Source: an uncultured delta proteobacterium (GTDB lineage: Bacteria; Myxococcota; Myxococcia; Myxococcales; Anaeromyxobacteraceae). Taken from it: a DNA stretch of 64,000 nt. The stretch spans positions 94,920 to 158,919 of the forward strand of contig CAWHDY010000001.1 in the NCBI GenBank assembly GCA_963828235.1. Direction: 5' to 3'. The notes below the pieces were generated by a model, which worked only from the letters and a program-made list of their open reading frames with translations, was not told the DNA's origin and did not search any database. Shown here piece by piece: positions 10,677 to 20,943 of the stretch. The position numbers and the translations under genes were made by a program. Position 1 is the stretch's first letter. The number at the start of each line of letters is the position of its first letter.

Positions 10677-13600
10677 TCGTCTTCGGGCGCGGTGACCGGG
10701 GCGCGCGGCGGCGGGTCGGCCGGCACCGCCGGCGAAGGCTGCGCGACGTTGCGCCCGCGGGCGCGCTGCAGCTCGAGCTCGAGCGTCTTCTCGCGCCGGG
10801 CGCGCTCCTGGAGCGCCACCTGGAGCCGCTGCGTCTCCTGCGCGCGGAGCTGGTCCCGGCGGGCGAGCTCGTCCCGGAAGCGCGCCTGCGCCTCCTCGAC
10901 CGCCTTCACCGCCCGGGCCTCCGCCTCGCGGCGCTCGGCCGCGAGCTGCTCGATGCGGCGGGCGCCCTCGACCACGCGGGCCTCCGCCGCGCTCGCGCGC
11001 GACGTCAGCTCCTTCTCGAGGCGCGCGCGCGCCTGGCCCGCGAGCACGAGCTGCGCCTCCAGCTCCTGGACGCGAGCGCGCGCGGCCTGGGCCTGCGCGA
11101 CCTCGCGGGTGGCCTGCTCCGCGCGGGCCGCGAGCTCCTGCGCGCGCGCCTCCGCGCGCGCGGCGCGCGCCTGCAGCTCGGCCTCGATCCGCTGCCGCTC
11201 CCGCTGCGCCGCCTGGAGGGCCTGCTCGAGCTCGCGCAGCTGCGCCGCGGCGTGCTCGGCGCGGCCGTCCGCGAGCTGCTGCCCCGCGAGCGCCTCCTCG
11301 AGTCGTCGTCGCAGCTCGCCCGCCGCGTGCTCGGACGCGTCGCGCGCCGCGACGAGCGAGGCCACCCGCCCCTCGACCTCCGTCGCGCGGCGGCGCACGT
11401 CCTCCGCCCGCGCCTCCGCCGCCTCGGCCGCGGCGACCTCGCGCCGCTCGGCCGCGCGCAGGGCCTCGGCCCTCGCCGCGAGCTCGTTCTGGAGCGTCTC
11501 CTCGCGCTCGGCGCGCTCCCGACCGAGCGTCTCGAACCGCGCGTGGAGCGCCTCGGCCGCCTCGGTCTTCTTCGAGAGCTCGGACAGCAGCTCCTCCTCG
11601 CGGCGCGCGTGCTCGGCCTCGACCGCGGCGAGGTGGCCGCGGGCCCGCCGCTCCGCGTCGGCGTGGGCCTCTATCGCGCCGCGCAGCTCGCCCTCGAGGC
11701 GGGTCCGCTCGGCCTCGGCGCGGGCGCGCCCCTCGGCCTCGGCGCGCGCCTGCTCGCGCAGGGCGTTGCGCTCGGCGTCACGCGCCTCGAGCTCCAGCGC
11801 GAGCGCGTCACGGTGCGCGCCGGCCTCGTCCCGCTCCTGCGCTCGTCGCGACGAGCCGCGCCTCGAGGTCTCCCGCGCGCGCGGTCGCCGCCCCGACCTC
11901 GGCCTCGAGCGCGCCGATCCGCTGCTGCGACGCCGCGCGGGCGTCGGCGAGCTCGGCCCCGAGGCGCTCCGCCTCCGCGCGCGCCTCCGCGTGGAGCCGC
12001 TCCGCCTCGGCGCCGCGGGCCTCGAGCTCCGCCACCTTCCGCTCGGCCTCGCGGGAGAGCGCGTCGAGCGCCGCCCGGCGGGCGCGCAGCTCGTCCTCCA
12101 GCTCCTCGATCCGGCGGCCCCGCTCCTCGACCCGCTTCGCGACCTCCGCGGCGGCCGCGTCGGCCCGCGCCGCGTGCTCGGTGCGCTCGGCCAGCTCGGC
12201 GGTGAGCTCGCCCTCGCGGTGCTGCGCGGCGCGGCGCGCCTCGGCGGCCGCGCTCGCCGCCCGGGCCAGGTCCGACCGCAGCGCGTCGACGTCGCGCGCC
12301 GCCGCCGCGCGGGCGGCCTCGACCGAGGCCCCGGCCGCCGAGAGCTCGCCCTCGAGCTCGGCGACGCGCGCCCGCGCCGCCGCGAGCCCCGCCTCGAGCT
12401 CGCCCGCGCGCGCCGCCGCCGCGGCCTCCAGCTCCGCGCCGCGCTCGGTGAGCCGCGCCACGTCCGCGCGCGCCGCCGCGAGCGTGTCGACGAGGCTCCT
12501 CGCCCGCTCCTCCGCGTCGCGGACCCGGCCCTCGAGCGCGTCCCGCTCGCCGGCGACCCGCGCGACCTCGGCGCGAGCCTCCGCGGCGGAGCCGCGCGCG
12601 GCCTCGAGCTCGACGTCGCGCCCGGCGAGCGCCGCGTCGCGCTCGGCGACGACCTGGCGGAGCGCGTCCCGCTCCCGCCCCGCTCCCTCCGCGAGGCCGC
12701 GCTGCCGCTGCGCCTCCTCGCGCGCGGCGGCGAGCTCCTCCCGCTCGGCCTCGCGCTCCGCCGCCCGCGCCGCGTCCGACGCGGCCGCGGCCTCCCGCGC
12801 CTCGGCGAGCGCCTGCTGGAGGGCGCCGCCGCTCGCGAGCGCCTCCGCGAGCGCCCGCTCCGCCTCCTCGGCGCGGCGCTCCGCGGCGCGCGCCGCCTCG
12901 AGCGCGTCGCGCTCGGCGCCGACGTGCTCGGCGACCTCGGTCCGGCGCACCTCCTCGAGCTCGGTCCGGAGCTCCTCCTCGCGCTCCGTCATCTCGCGCG
13001 AGAGCCCCTCGACCTCGCCCTCGAGCGCCCCGATCTGCTGCAGGTGATCCTGGAGCTCCCGCGACAGGTCGTCCTCGCGGGACCGCGCGCCGTCCCGGAA
13101 CCGGCGGTACTCCTCCTCGATCAGCCGCAGCTTCTGCTCGCGCTCGCGGATCGCCGCCTCGCGCTCGTCGATGCGTCCCTGCCAGGCGGCCGCGGCGTCC
13201 CGGGCCTGCGCCGTCGCCTTCTCCAGCGCGGCCTCCGCCTCCGCCAGCGACCCCTCGAGCGCGCGCGCCCGCTCCTCGTGCGCCGCGCGAGCCCGCTCCA
13301 CGTCCCCGCGCGCCTGGTCCCGGTCCGCCGCGAGCGCCGCCTCGCGCTCCTCCGCGGCCGTCCGGGCCTCGGCGTGCGCGCGGAGCGTCGCGTCGAGCTC
13401 GGCGCGGAGCGCCTGCAGGCTCCGCTCGAGCCCCGCCCGCTCGCGCTCGTCGGCGTCCTGCCGGGCCCCCGCCGCCCGGGCGGCCTCCTCCGCGTCGCGG
13501 CGCGCCTTCGCGAGCGCGCCCGCCGCCTCGGCCGCCTCGTCCGCGCGCCGGGCGAGCTCGGCCTGCAGCTCCTCCTCGCGTGCGCCGGCGCGCTCGAGCT

Positions 13601-14669
13601 CGGCGCGCGCCTGGCCCTCGAGCCGCGCGATCTCCTCCTGCGCCTCGGAGATCGCGAGCTTCCGCTGCGCGAGGTCGTCGTCGCGTCGCCGCAGCTCCCG
13701 CTGCAGCTCGTGGATCCGCCGCTCGTTCCCGGCGACCGCCTCGATCAGCTCCTTCTCCTGCCCGAACTTCTCGAGGAGCAGCCCGTCGATCGACGCCCCG
13801 AACTCGCGCTCCTTCTCGACGAAGAGGTCGCGCGCCTCCGCGAGCCTGCGGAGCAGGTCCTCCACCTGCAGCTTCAGCCCCTGCACCTCGACGTCGCGGT
13901 CGTGCATCCGCTCGTCGAACGTGGCGAGCTCGCGCTCGCGGATCTCCCAGACCTCGGCGAGCCGGGCGAGCTGGGCCTCGCGCCACTTCAGGTCCTCGCG
14001 GAGGAGCTGCAGGCGCCCCTCCGGCGACTGGAGGAGGTCGCGGCGCGGCGGCGGGCGGCGCCGGTGGGAGTCGGCGACGAGCTCGTCCCGGCGCTCGGCG
14101 ATCGACTGGAAGACGCGGTCGGCGAACAGCCGGTCCTCCTCGGTGAGCACCGAGCGCTGCTCGCGGTGGGGCATCGGCGGGGGCGCGTCGGCCTCGGAGG
14201 AGTGCCCGGCCGGGGAGCCGTCGGCGCCGGCCGCGCCCACCTCCTCGATCTCGTCGTCCGCGAGCACCGCGTCGTCCGCGCTCTCGACCGGCTCGGCCGC
14301 CGCCAGGATCCCGGCGGAGAGGACCCGCAGCGCCGCGGTGTCGAGGGGCATCGCGAGGTAGCCGCTCGCCGCCCAGGGGGTGCGCGCGTGCTCCGCGAGC
14401 GACTCCGGCGGGGTCTCGGACGAGTAGAGGATGACGGGCAGCCGCCCCGCGTCGTCGTGCCTGAGCCGCGCGCACAGCGAGAACCCCGACAGGTCCGGCA
14501 GCTCGGCGCGGACCACGACGAGATTGGGGCGGCGGCTCGCGATGTCGAGCTCGGCCTCGGCGGCGCTCGCGGCGACGCGGGTCGCGCAGCCTTCCTCGCG
14601 GTACAGCGAGGCGAGCGACAGCGCGAAGGCGTTGTCCGGCTCGACGATGAGGACGTGCTTCGGTTCCAT
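10673..14669 (-). CDS. aglZ: AglZ-like pseudo-receiver plus long coiled-coil protein, split by a frameshift near 11843
   Basis: N-terminal receiver-like domain (HVLIVEPDN...ELPDLSGFSLC), then about 1100 aa of E/A/R heptads. The 953-aa ORF ends at 11808, but the coiled coil continues in another frame to 10673 (about 1330 aa joined). Confidence 0.75.
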
Positions 14670-14859
14670 CGAGGGCTCCGGGCAGATCGCCCGGCGGGGC
14701 GTCGGAGTCTATCCCCGCCGCCCCCGGCAATCTAGCCATCGGGTGGCCGGCGCCGCTCCGGAGCTCGCGCGCCTTTGGGTCGCGCACCTCGGGGCCGTTG
14801 CCTCCGGGCCCGCGGATCACGAACCTGCCTGCTGCCGGCCACGCTCCGGCCGGGACCAC

Positions 14860-15425
14860 ATGCACGCACCCACGCTCCTCCTCGTCGCGGCGCTGACCAC
14901 AGCGGCCCCGCCCCGTCCGGACGGCCCGCCGCGCGCGCCCGAGAACCTCCTCGCGGGCCCGGCCCGGTGCGTGCTGCGGTACCTCGACGCGGTCCGGCTC
15001 GCCGGGCCGCGCGTCGCGGTCGTGCGGCGCCGGGGCACGGTCGCCGCGGACGAGCGCGCCTACGAGGCGGCCCGGCGGCTCACCGCGCCGAGGACGCTCG
15101 AGGAGATCGCCCGCCGCGCGGCCGGCGGCGAGGAGCACCCGCTCGCGCCGTGGCAGGAGGCCGCTCGCGCGCGCGCGTGCTCGAGTCGTTCCAGCTGCTC
15201 GCGGCCCGCCGCGCACCCCTCGGGGCGGCCGTCGTCACGGTCCGGGAGCGGTACTGGCTCGGCGCCGCGGACGCGTCGCTCCGGCGGGCGGTCTCGGAGT
15301 ACCTCGTCGCGCGGGTGAAGGGTCAGTGGAGGGTGGTCGACCGGCGGCCGGGGGGGGCGTTCGACGACGCCGCCATCGCGACCGGGTACGAGGGTTTCTT
15401 CGACGCGGGGCCGCCCGTTCGGTAG
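14860..15425 (+). CDS. Secreted hypothetical protein, frameshifted at a (CG)6 tract
   Basis: ATG 14860 with signal peptide MHAPTLLLVAALTTAA. The frame switches at 15166-15177; removing one CG gives ...WQEAARARVLESFQLL...GPPVR. Confidence 0.6.
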
Positions 15426-15434
15426 ATTCGAGGA

Positions 15435-16178
15435 GTGACCGGGTCCCGGACCATCGTGATCGGCGACGTCCACGGGTGCCTCGAGGAGCTCGACGAGCTC
15501 ATCGCCGTCCTCGCTCCAGGCACCGGAGACCGCCTCGTGTTCCTGGGCGATCTCCTCGACCGCGGGCCGGACCCGGTGGGGGTCCTCCACCGCGTCCGGG
15601 AGCTCGGCGCCGAGTGCATCCTCGGGAACCACGAGGAGAAGCACCTCCGGTTCGCGGCGCACGAGGCGCGGCACCGATCGGACCCGCGCTACCGGAACCC
15701 GATGCGCCCGTTCGACCCGAAGCGGGCGGCGGAGCACGCGCGCCTCTCGCACGAGGACCTGCTGTGGCTCGCCTCGCTGCCGCGCTGGATCGGGCTCGGC
15801 GGACGGTGGGTGGCGGTGCACGGAGGGCTCGTGCCGGGCGTGCCGCTCAGCGCTCAGCCGCCGGACTGGACGCTGAAGCTCCGCTACGTCGACGAGGCCG
15901 GCCGCCCGGTGCCGCGGGACGCCGGCGACTCCGGGACGCCGGGGATCCGCAGGTGGGCCGAGGTCTGGACCGGGCCCGACTCGGTCGTCTACGGCCACTT
16001 CCCGCACGAGCTCGGCGCGCCGCGCCGGGACGAGCCGCGTCCTGGCGTCGTCTGCCTCGGGATCGACACGGGGTGTGTCTACGGAGGGGCGCTCACCGCC
16101 CTCGTGCTGCCGGCGGTGGAGATCGTCCAGGTGCCTTCTCGCCAGCGCCGCGTGCTCGCCGCGGACGCCGAGGACTGA
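15435..16178 (+). CDS. Metallophosphoesterase, ApaH/PrpE-like
   Basis: IGDVHG, GDLLDRGP, GNHE, VHGG, GH, GIDTGCVYGG motifs. Confidence 0.9.
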   Translation: MTGSRTIVIGDVHGCLEELDELIAVLAPGTGDRLVFLGDLLDRGPDPVGVLHRVRELGAECILGNHEEKHLRFAAHEARHRSDPRYRNPMRPFDPKRAAEHARLSHEDLLWLASLPRWIGLGGRWVAVHGGLVPGVPLSAQPPDWTLKLRYVDEAGRPVPRDAGDSGTPGIRRWAEVWTGPDSVVYGHFPHELGAPRRDEPRPGVVCLGIDTGCVYGGALTALVLPAVEIVQVPSRQRRVLAADAED

Positions 16179-16199
16179 TCGCGCAGGGGGAGGAGCCGC

Positions 16200-17120
16200 T
16201 CACCCCGCGGTCGCGGCGGCGAGCACCTCCGCGCGCCGCTCGCGCGCCCGGGCGACGTCCGCCTGGTGCTTGAGGACGAGGCCGAGGGTCTCGTCGAGCA
16301 CCGCGGGATCGAGCGACTCCACGCCGAGCAGCGCGAGGGCGCGGGTCCAGTCGAGGGTCTCCGAGATGGAGGGCGGCTTCCGGAGCTCGAGCGTGCGGAG
16401 CTTCGAGACCGCGGCGACCACCGCGCGGGCGAGCGTCTCCGCGGCCCCGGGCACCCGCGCCCGCACGATGGCGAGCTCCCGCGCGCGGTCGGGCAGGTCC
16501 ACGTGGAGGTGCAGGCAGCGGCGGCGCAGCGCGTCCGACAGCTCCCGCGCCGCGTTCGACGTGAGCACCACCCGGGGGACCGTGCGGGCGCGGAGGGTCC
16601 CGAGCTCCGGCACCGTCACGGTCCAGTCCGAGAGCACCTCGAGCAGGAACGCCTCGAGCTCCGGGTCCGCCTTGTCGATCTCGTCGACGAGGAGCAGCAC
16701 CGGCGCCTCGGCCGTGATGGCGCGGAGGATCGGGCGCGGCAGGAGGAAGCGCTCCGAGAAGAAGACGTTCCCCTCCCCGGCGATCCGGTCGGCGGCCTCG
16801 GCGAGGCTCGCGGCGCCGCGCACGGCCTCGCCGATCCGCCCCGACAGGAGCTGCACGTACAGGAGCTGCTTCCCGTACTCCCACTCGTAGAGGGCGCGGG
16901 CCTCGTCCAGCCCCTCGTAGCACTGCAGGCGAACGAGCGGGCGGCCGGTCGCCTGCGCGAAGGCGCGGGCGAGCTCGGTCTTGCCGACGCCGGCGGGGCC
17001 CTCGACGAGGATCGGCTTCTCGAGGCGGTCGGCGAGGAACACCGCGGTCGCGATCTCCCGCGACGCGAGGTAGCCCGCGCGCGCGAGCGCCGCCGAGACC
17101 TCGTCCACCGAAGCGAGCAT
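16200..17120 (-). CDS. MoxR-family AAA+ ATPase, CoxD-like
   Basis: GPAGVGKT Walker A, RLQCYEGLDE..ALYEW, LLVDEIDKAD Walker B, LSDALRRRC, KPPSISETLDW. Confidence 0.9.
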   Translation of the reverse strand: MLASVDEVSAALARAGYLASREIATAVFLADRLEKPILVEGPAGVGKTELARAFAQATGRPLVRLQCYEGLDEARALYEWEYGKQLLYVQLLSGRIGEAVRGAASLAEAADRIAGEGNVFFSERFLLPRPILRAITAEAPVLLLVDEIDKADPELEAFLLEVLSDWTVTVPELGTLRARTVPRVVLTSNAARELSDALRRRCLHLHVDLPDRARELAIVRARVPGAAETLARAVVAAVSKLRTLELRKPPSISETLDWTRALALLGVESLDPAVLDETLGLVLKHQADVARARERRAEVLAAATAG

Positions 17121-17530
17121 CGCGGGCAAGGTAAGGCGAGGCGGCCCGCTCGGCCGGCGTCTTGGCGCACCCGGACGTGGCTGCGACGGGCGCCGTTACA
17201 GCCCCGTCCTCCGCGGGGGGCGCGCAACCGCCCCACCTCTCTCGCGCGCGCCCGCGCCGGCGCCGGCACGCATGTTGAAGCCCCGGCTCCGAGTCCCGCC
17301 GGAGGCCGGCCACGGACCTCGCCATGACACTCCCTTCCAAGCGCTCCTGTCGCGAGGCCCACCTCCCGTCGTACGTCCCTGTCGAGACGAGGCCGGAAGC
17401 TCGACTCCTCCCACCGCCGCCCGTCTCGTCGGAGGCGCGCGGCGAAGCGCCGTGAGCGGCGCGAGAGCGCCGGAGGCTCGAGGGGCCGCGGTGGACTTCC
17501 CCGCGGCCCCTCGCTCGTCCCGGCCCACCG

Positions 17531-19778
17531 CTACGGCTGCACCTCGATGCGCACGCGGAGCGGCCCCCCCTGGAGGTCCAGGACCTCGGCCGAGGCTCCC
17601 TTCCGCCCGCGCGCGAACCGGAGCGTCACGAGCGCCCGCCCCACCCGCAGCCCTTCGAGGACGATGTCGTCGAGCCAGCCCGGCAGCTGCGGCGCCACGA
17701 TGTTCAGCATGCCGTTCGGCGCGTCGGGGAAGATGCCGAGCGACGCCCTGAGCAGGAGGAACCACGCGGCGCTCGACCACGCCTGGGGCGAGCACGCGAC
17801 CGGGTAGTGCACGGGGAACCCGCCCGTCTCGCGGGGAAGGCCGCAGAACAGCTCGGGCAGCCGGAGCTGCCGGAAGTGCTGCGCGGCTTGCCACATCCCG
17901 GTGAGGACCTCGCTCGCCTCGCGCGTGAGCCCGTACGACGCCATCCCCATCGCGCAGAGCGCGTTGTCGTGCGGCCAGATGGTCCCGTCGTGGTAGCTCA
18001 GCGGGTTGTACGCGGGCTGGCCTTCCGCGAGCGTCCGGATCCCCCAGCCGCTCCACATCCCCGGACCGAGCAGGGACGCCGTCACGGCGCCGGCCCGGGC
18101 GTCGGACACCGCGCGAGAGAACAGGAGGTGCCCCGGGTTCGAGGTGACGGCGTCGACCTGCCGCTTCGCCCGGTCGAGCGCGATCGCGTACGTCCCCTTC
18201 CCCTGCATCCAGAACCGCGCGTCGAGCAGCTCCGCCTGCTTCCGGGCCCGCGTCCGGAGCCGGGCTGCCTCGGCCTCGCGGCCGCGCCGCTCGAGCATCT
18301 CGGCCGCGCGACGCCGCGCGTCCACGGCGTAGCCCTGCACCTCGACCAGCGCGATCGGCGGCTCCGCCGGCGTCCCGTCGGCGAAGGGCACGCCGTCGTG
18401 GCTGTCCTTCCAGCCCTGGTTGCGGAGGCCCTTCGGGGTCCGGCGCTCGTACTCGACGAGCCCGTCGCCCAGCTCCGTGCGGCGGTCGAGCCACGCGAGC
18501 GCCGCCTCCGCGGCGGGCCAGAGCGCGTCCACCGTCTCGGTGTCGGCGGTCCAGCGCTCGTACTCCGACAGCAGGATCACGAACAGCGGCGTCGCGTCCG
18601 CCGAGCCGTAGTACGGCGAGTGCGGCACCTCCCCGGCCGCGGCCATCTCGCCGAACCGCATCTCGTGGGGGATCTTCCCCGGCTCGGCGTCCCGCGCCTG
18701 GTCCTCCTCGCGCGCCTGGAGCCGGGCGAGGAACCGGAGCGCGTCCCTCGCGAGGTCGGGGGTCGCGAGGAGCGCCTCGAACCCCGTGATGAGCGCGTCC
18801 CGCCCGAACGGGCACGTGTACCAGGGGATCCCCGCGGAGACGACGGGCTCGCCGAAGTGGTGGACCGTGAGGGCCTTCATGTCCGCCACCGCGTGCGCGA
18901 GCGCGACGTCGAAGATCTCGTGCGAGGTCCGGAACCGGGTCGCGCGGCCGGCCCACGACGCGTACGCGTCGTGCGTCTCCGTCGCGCGCTCCTCGAAGCC
19001 GCGGCCGGACGGCCTCGGCAGCGGCCGCTCCTCGTCCGGTCCGCGCCTGCGCCCCGCCGCGCCGCGCTCGATCCCGGCGGCGACCAGGAAGGACGCCTCC
19101 ACCCGCTCCGCGGGCTCGAGGTGGAGGTTCAGCCGCGCCCCCGTCCCGGACAGCGCCTCGAGGCGCGCGGGGCCGTCGCCGTCGGCGGCGACGCCCTGGA
19201 GCCGCACCTCGGTCGCGTAGCGGCGCCCGTCGCGCCCGTCGTAGCGGAGCACCGCGCACCCGTCCTCGACCCGCGGCGCCAGGTAGGCGCCTCGCGCCGC
19301 GCGCCGCGCGCCGCGGATCTCGAACACGTCGGCGAAGTCCGCTCCCCAGGCCATCTCCACCCAGAAGTCCACCGGGCGCCCGAGGAAGTTCGTGAGGACC
19401 AGCCGGTCGACGAGCACGTCGTCGATGAGCATGTCGCGCCGGAGGTGGATGAAGTTCACGGGCTCGTGGCCGAGCAGGTCTCCGGCGTGGAGGCTCGTGA
19501 CGGTGAAGTCGATCTGCGCGACGTAGTCCGCGGACAGCTGCGACGAGAGGCAGAGGGCCGGCCCCCCCTGCACGGAGAGCGCCCAGCAGGAGAGGTGGCG
19601 CGTGTCGCCCTGGAACAACCCCGAGATCGCGCGCGCCCGCCGGCGCGACGTCGCCCACCGCGTTCGCCACGAGGAACAGGTTCCCGCGCTTCAGGACGAG
19701 CTTCTCGATCCCGGTCGCCTCCGGCTGCGCGGAGGGATCCGAGTACCCGAGGAGCTCCGCGGCGCCGAGCGCCGTCAC
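17531..19778 (-). CDS. Amylo-alpha-1,6-glucosidase / glycogen-debranching-like glycoside hydrolase, +1 frameshift at 19619-19622
   Basis: AGIPWYTCPFGRDALI, PGKIPHEMR, YYGSADATPLF, NQGWKDS, YHDGTIWPHDN, CSPQAWSS. The N-terminus (GTG 19778, coupled to the upstream TGA) joins if the G4 run is read as G3. Confidence 0.88.
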
Positions 19779-20836
19779 TCCCGAGCGGTCGTCCATTCGG
19801 CCTCCCCTGCCCCGGCCCCGACGGTGCCGCCGGCGGCGAGCTCGTACGCGGCGGTGTACTCCTCCGCCATCCGCGCGGCGGAGAAGCGGCGTCGCGCGTC
19901 CGCCTGGATCGCGGCGCGATCGAGCGCCGAGGCCGCCCGGAGCGCCTCCGCGATGTCCTCGACGCCCCCGGCGAGGAACCCGTTCCGGCCGTGCTCGACG
20001 ATCTCGGGGGCGGCGCCCCGCTCCGGCACGATCACGGGGCACCCGGCGAGCAGCGCCTCGATCATCACGAGCCCGAACGGCTCTTCCCAGCGCACCGGCG
20101 CGACGAGCGCGCGCGCGCCGGCGAACAGCCGCCTCTTGGCCGCGAGGTCCACCTGGGGGAGCCAGGTGACGCCCGGCGCGCGGAGGGCCGGCTCGAGGAC
20201 CTCGTCCGCCCATCGCGGCGGCGCGTCGTCCTCGGGGTGCAGGGCTCCCGCCACGACGATCGGCAGGCCGGCCGCCCTCGCGGCGGCGATCGCGACCTCC
20301 GGGCCCTTCACCCACGAGAGCCTCCCCAGGCAGAAGGCGTAGTCGCCGCCGGGGCCGAGGTCCGGGTAGATCGCGGGATCCAGCCCGTGGTGGACGACGA
20401 GGTGCGGGGGGAGCTCGAGCAGCGACGCCTGGCGCGCCGAGATCGCGACCCGCAGCACGGGCGGCGCGGAGGCGTAGTACCGCGCGAGCACCCGATCCCG
20501 GGCGTGGTGGATGGTGTAGACGACCGGCGCCTCCAGCTCGTCCGCGAACGCGAGCAGCGCGGGGGCGTGGGCGTGGACGACGTCGAACCCCTCCCGCGCG
20601 ATCTCGAGCGCCGCCGCCCGGCAGTGGAGGAGCTCGGCGTAGGGATCGGGCGGCCACACCGCCTTCGCGAAGCGCGCGCGGACGTCGGGGAACTCGGAGT
20701 CCCCCGTCGCGAAGAGGACCACCTCGTGCCCTCCGCGCACGAGCTCCTGCGCGAGGGCGTGCACGACGAGCTCCGTCCCGCCGTACCCTCGCGGCGGCAC
20801 CGCGACGAACGGGGTCGACACCATGGCGATTCGCAC
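19775..20836 (-). CDS. Glycosyltransferase family 4
   Basis: MRIAMVSTPFVAVPPRGYGGTE, KG, WEEPFGLVMIEALLAGCPV. Confidence 0.92.
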   Translation of the reverse strand: MRIAMVSTPFVAVPPRGYGGTELVVHALAQELVRGGHEVVLFATGDSEFPDVRARFAKAVWPPDPYAELLHCRAAALEIAREGFDVVHAHAPALLAFADELEAPVVYTIHHARDRVLARYYASAPPVLRVAISARQASLLELPPHLVVHHGLDPAIYPDLGPGGDYAFCLGRLSWVKGPEVAIAAARAAGLPIVVAGALHPEDDAPPRWADEVLEPALRAPGVTWLPQVDLAAKRRLFAGARALVAPVRWEEPFGLVMIEALLAGCPVIVPERGAAPEIVEHGRNGFLAGGVEDIAEALRAASALDRAAIQADARRRFSAARMAEEYTAAYELAAGGTVGAGAGEAEWTTARE

Positions 20837-20906
20837 GCCTCACAGGGTATGGGCGACGGGGCGCGCGGACCACGTCGGCTCACCTCGCCGCACGGTAGCC
20901 GGCAGC

Positions 20907-20935
20907 TTGGGCGCTCGCCCGCCGCGGGGTACACT
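20907..20935 (+). promoter_or_regulatory. Sigma70-like promoter for pilT (TTGGGC-N17-TACACT), leaderless type
   Basis: The -10 hexamer ends 8 nt before ATG 20944; no SD. Confidence 0.5.
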
Positions 20936-20943
20936 CGCCGCCC

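Noticed and set aside
10673-14100. CRISPR or tandem DNA repeats in the repetitive coiled-coil region
   Set aside because: The repetition is amino-acid heptad bias (GCG/GAG/CGC codons), with no fixed-length repeat-spacer periodicity.
15435-17120. Phosphatase + AAA ATPase as an anti-phage defence pair
   Set aside because: The genes are convergent with separate starts, both look like ordinary housekeeping families, and there is no island signature.
17270-17430. Possible long hairpin or ncRNA (6S, tmRNA or RNase P-like) in the moxR-hydrolase gap
   Set aside because: Only short 4-6 bp helices, partly mutually exclusive. GCTCGACTCC and GGGGAAGTCC only loosely resemble tmRNA and RNase P motifs, and there is no CCA end or P4 partner.
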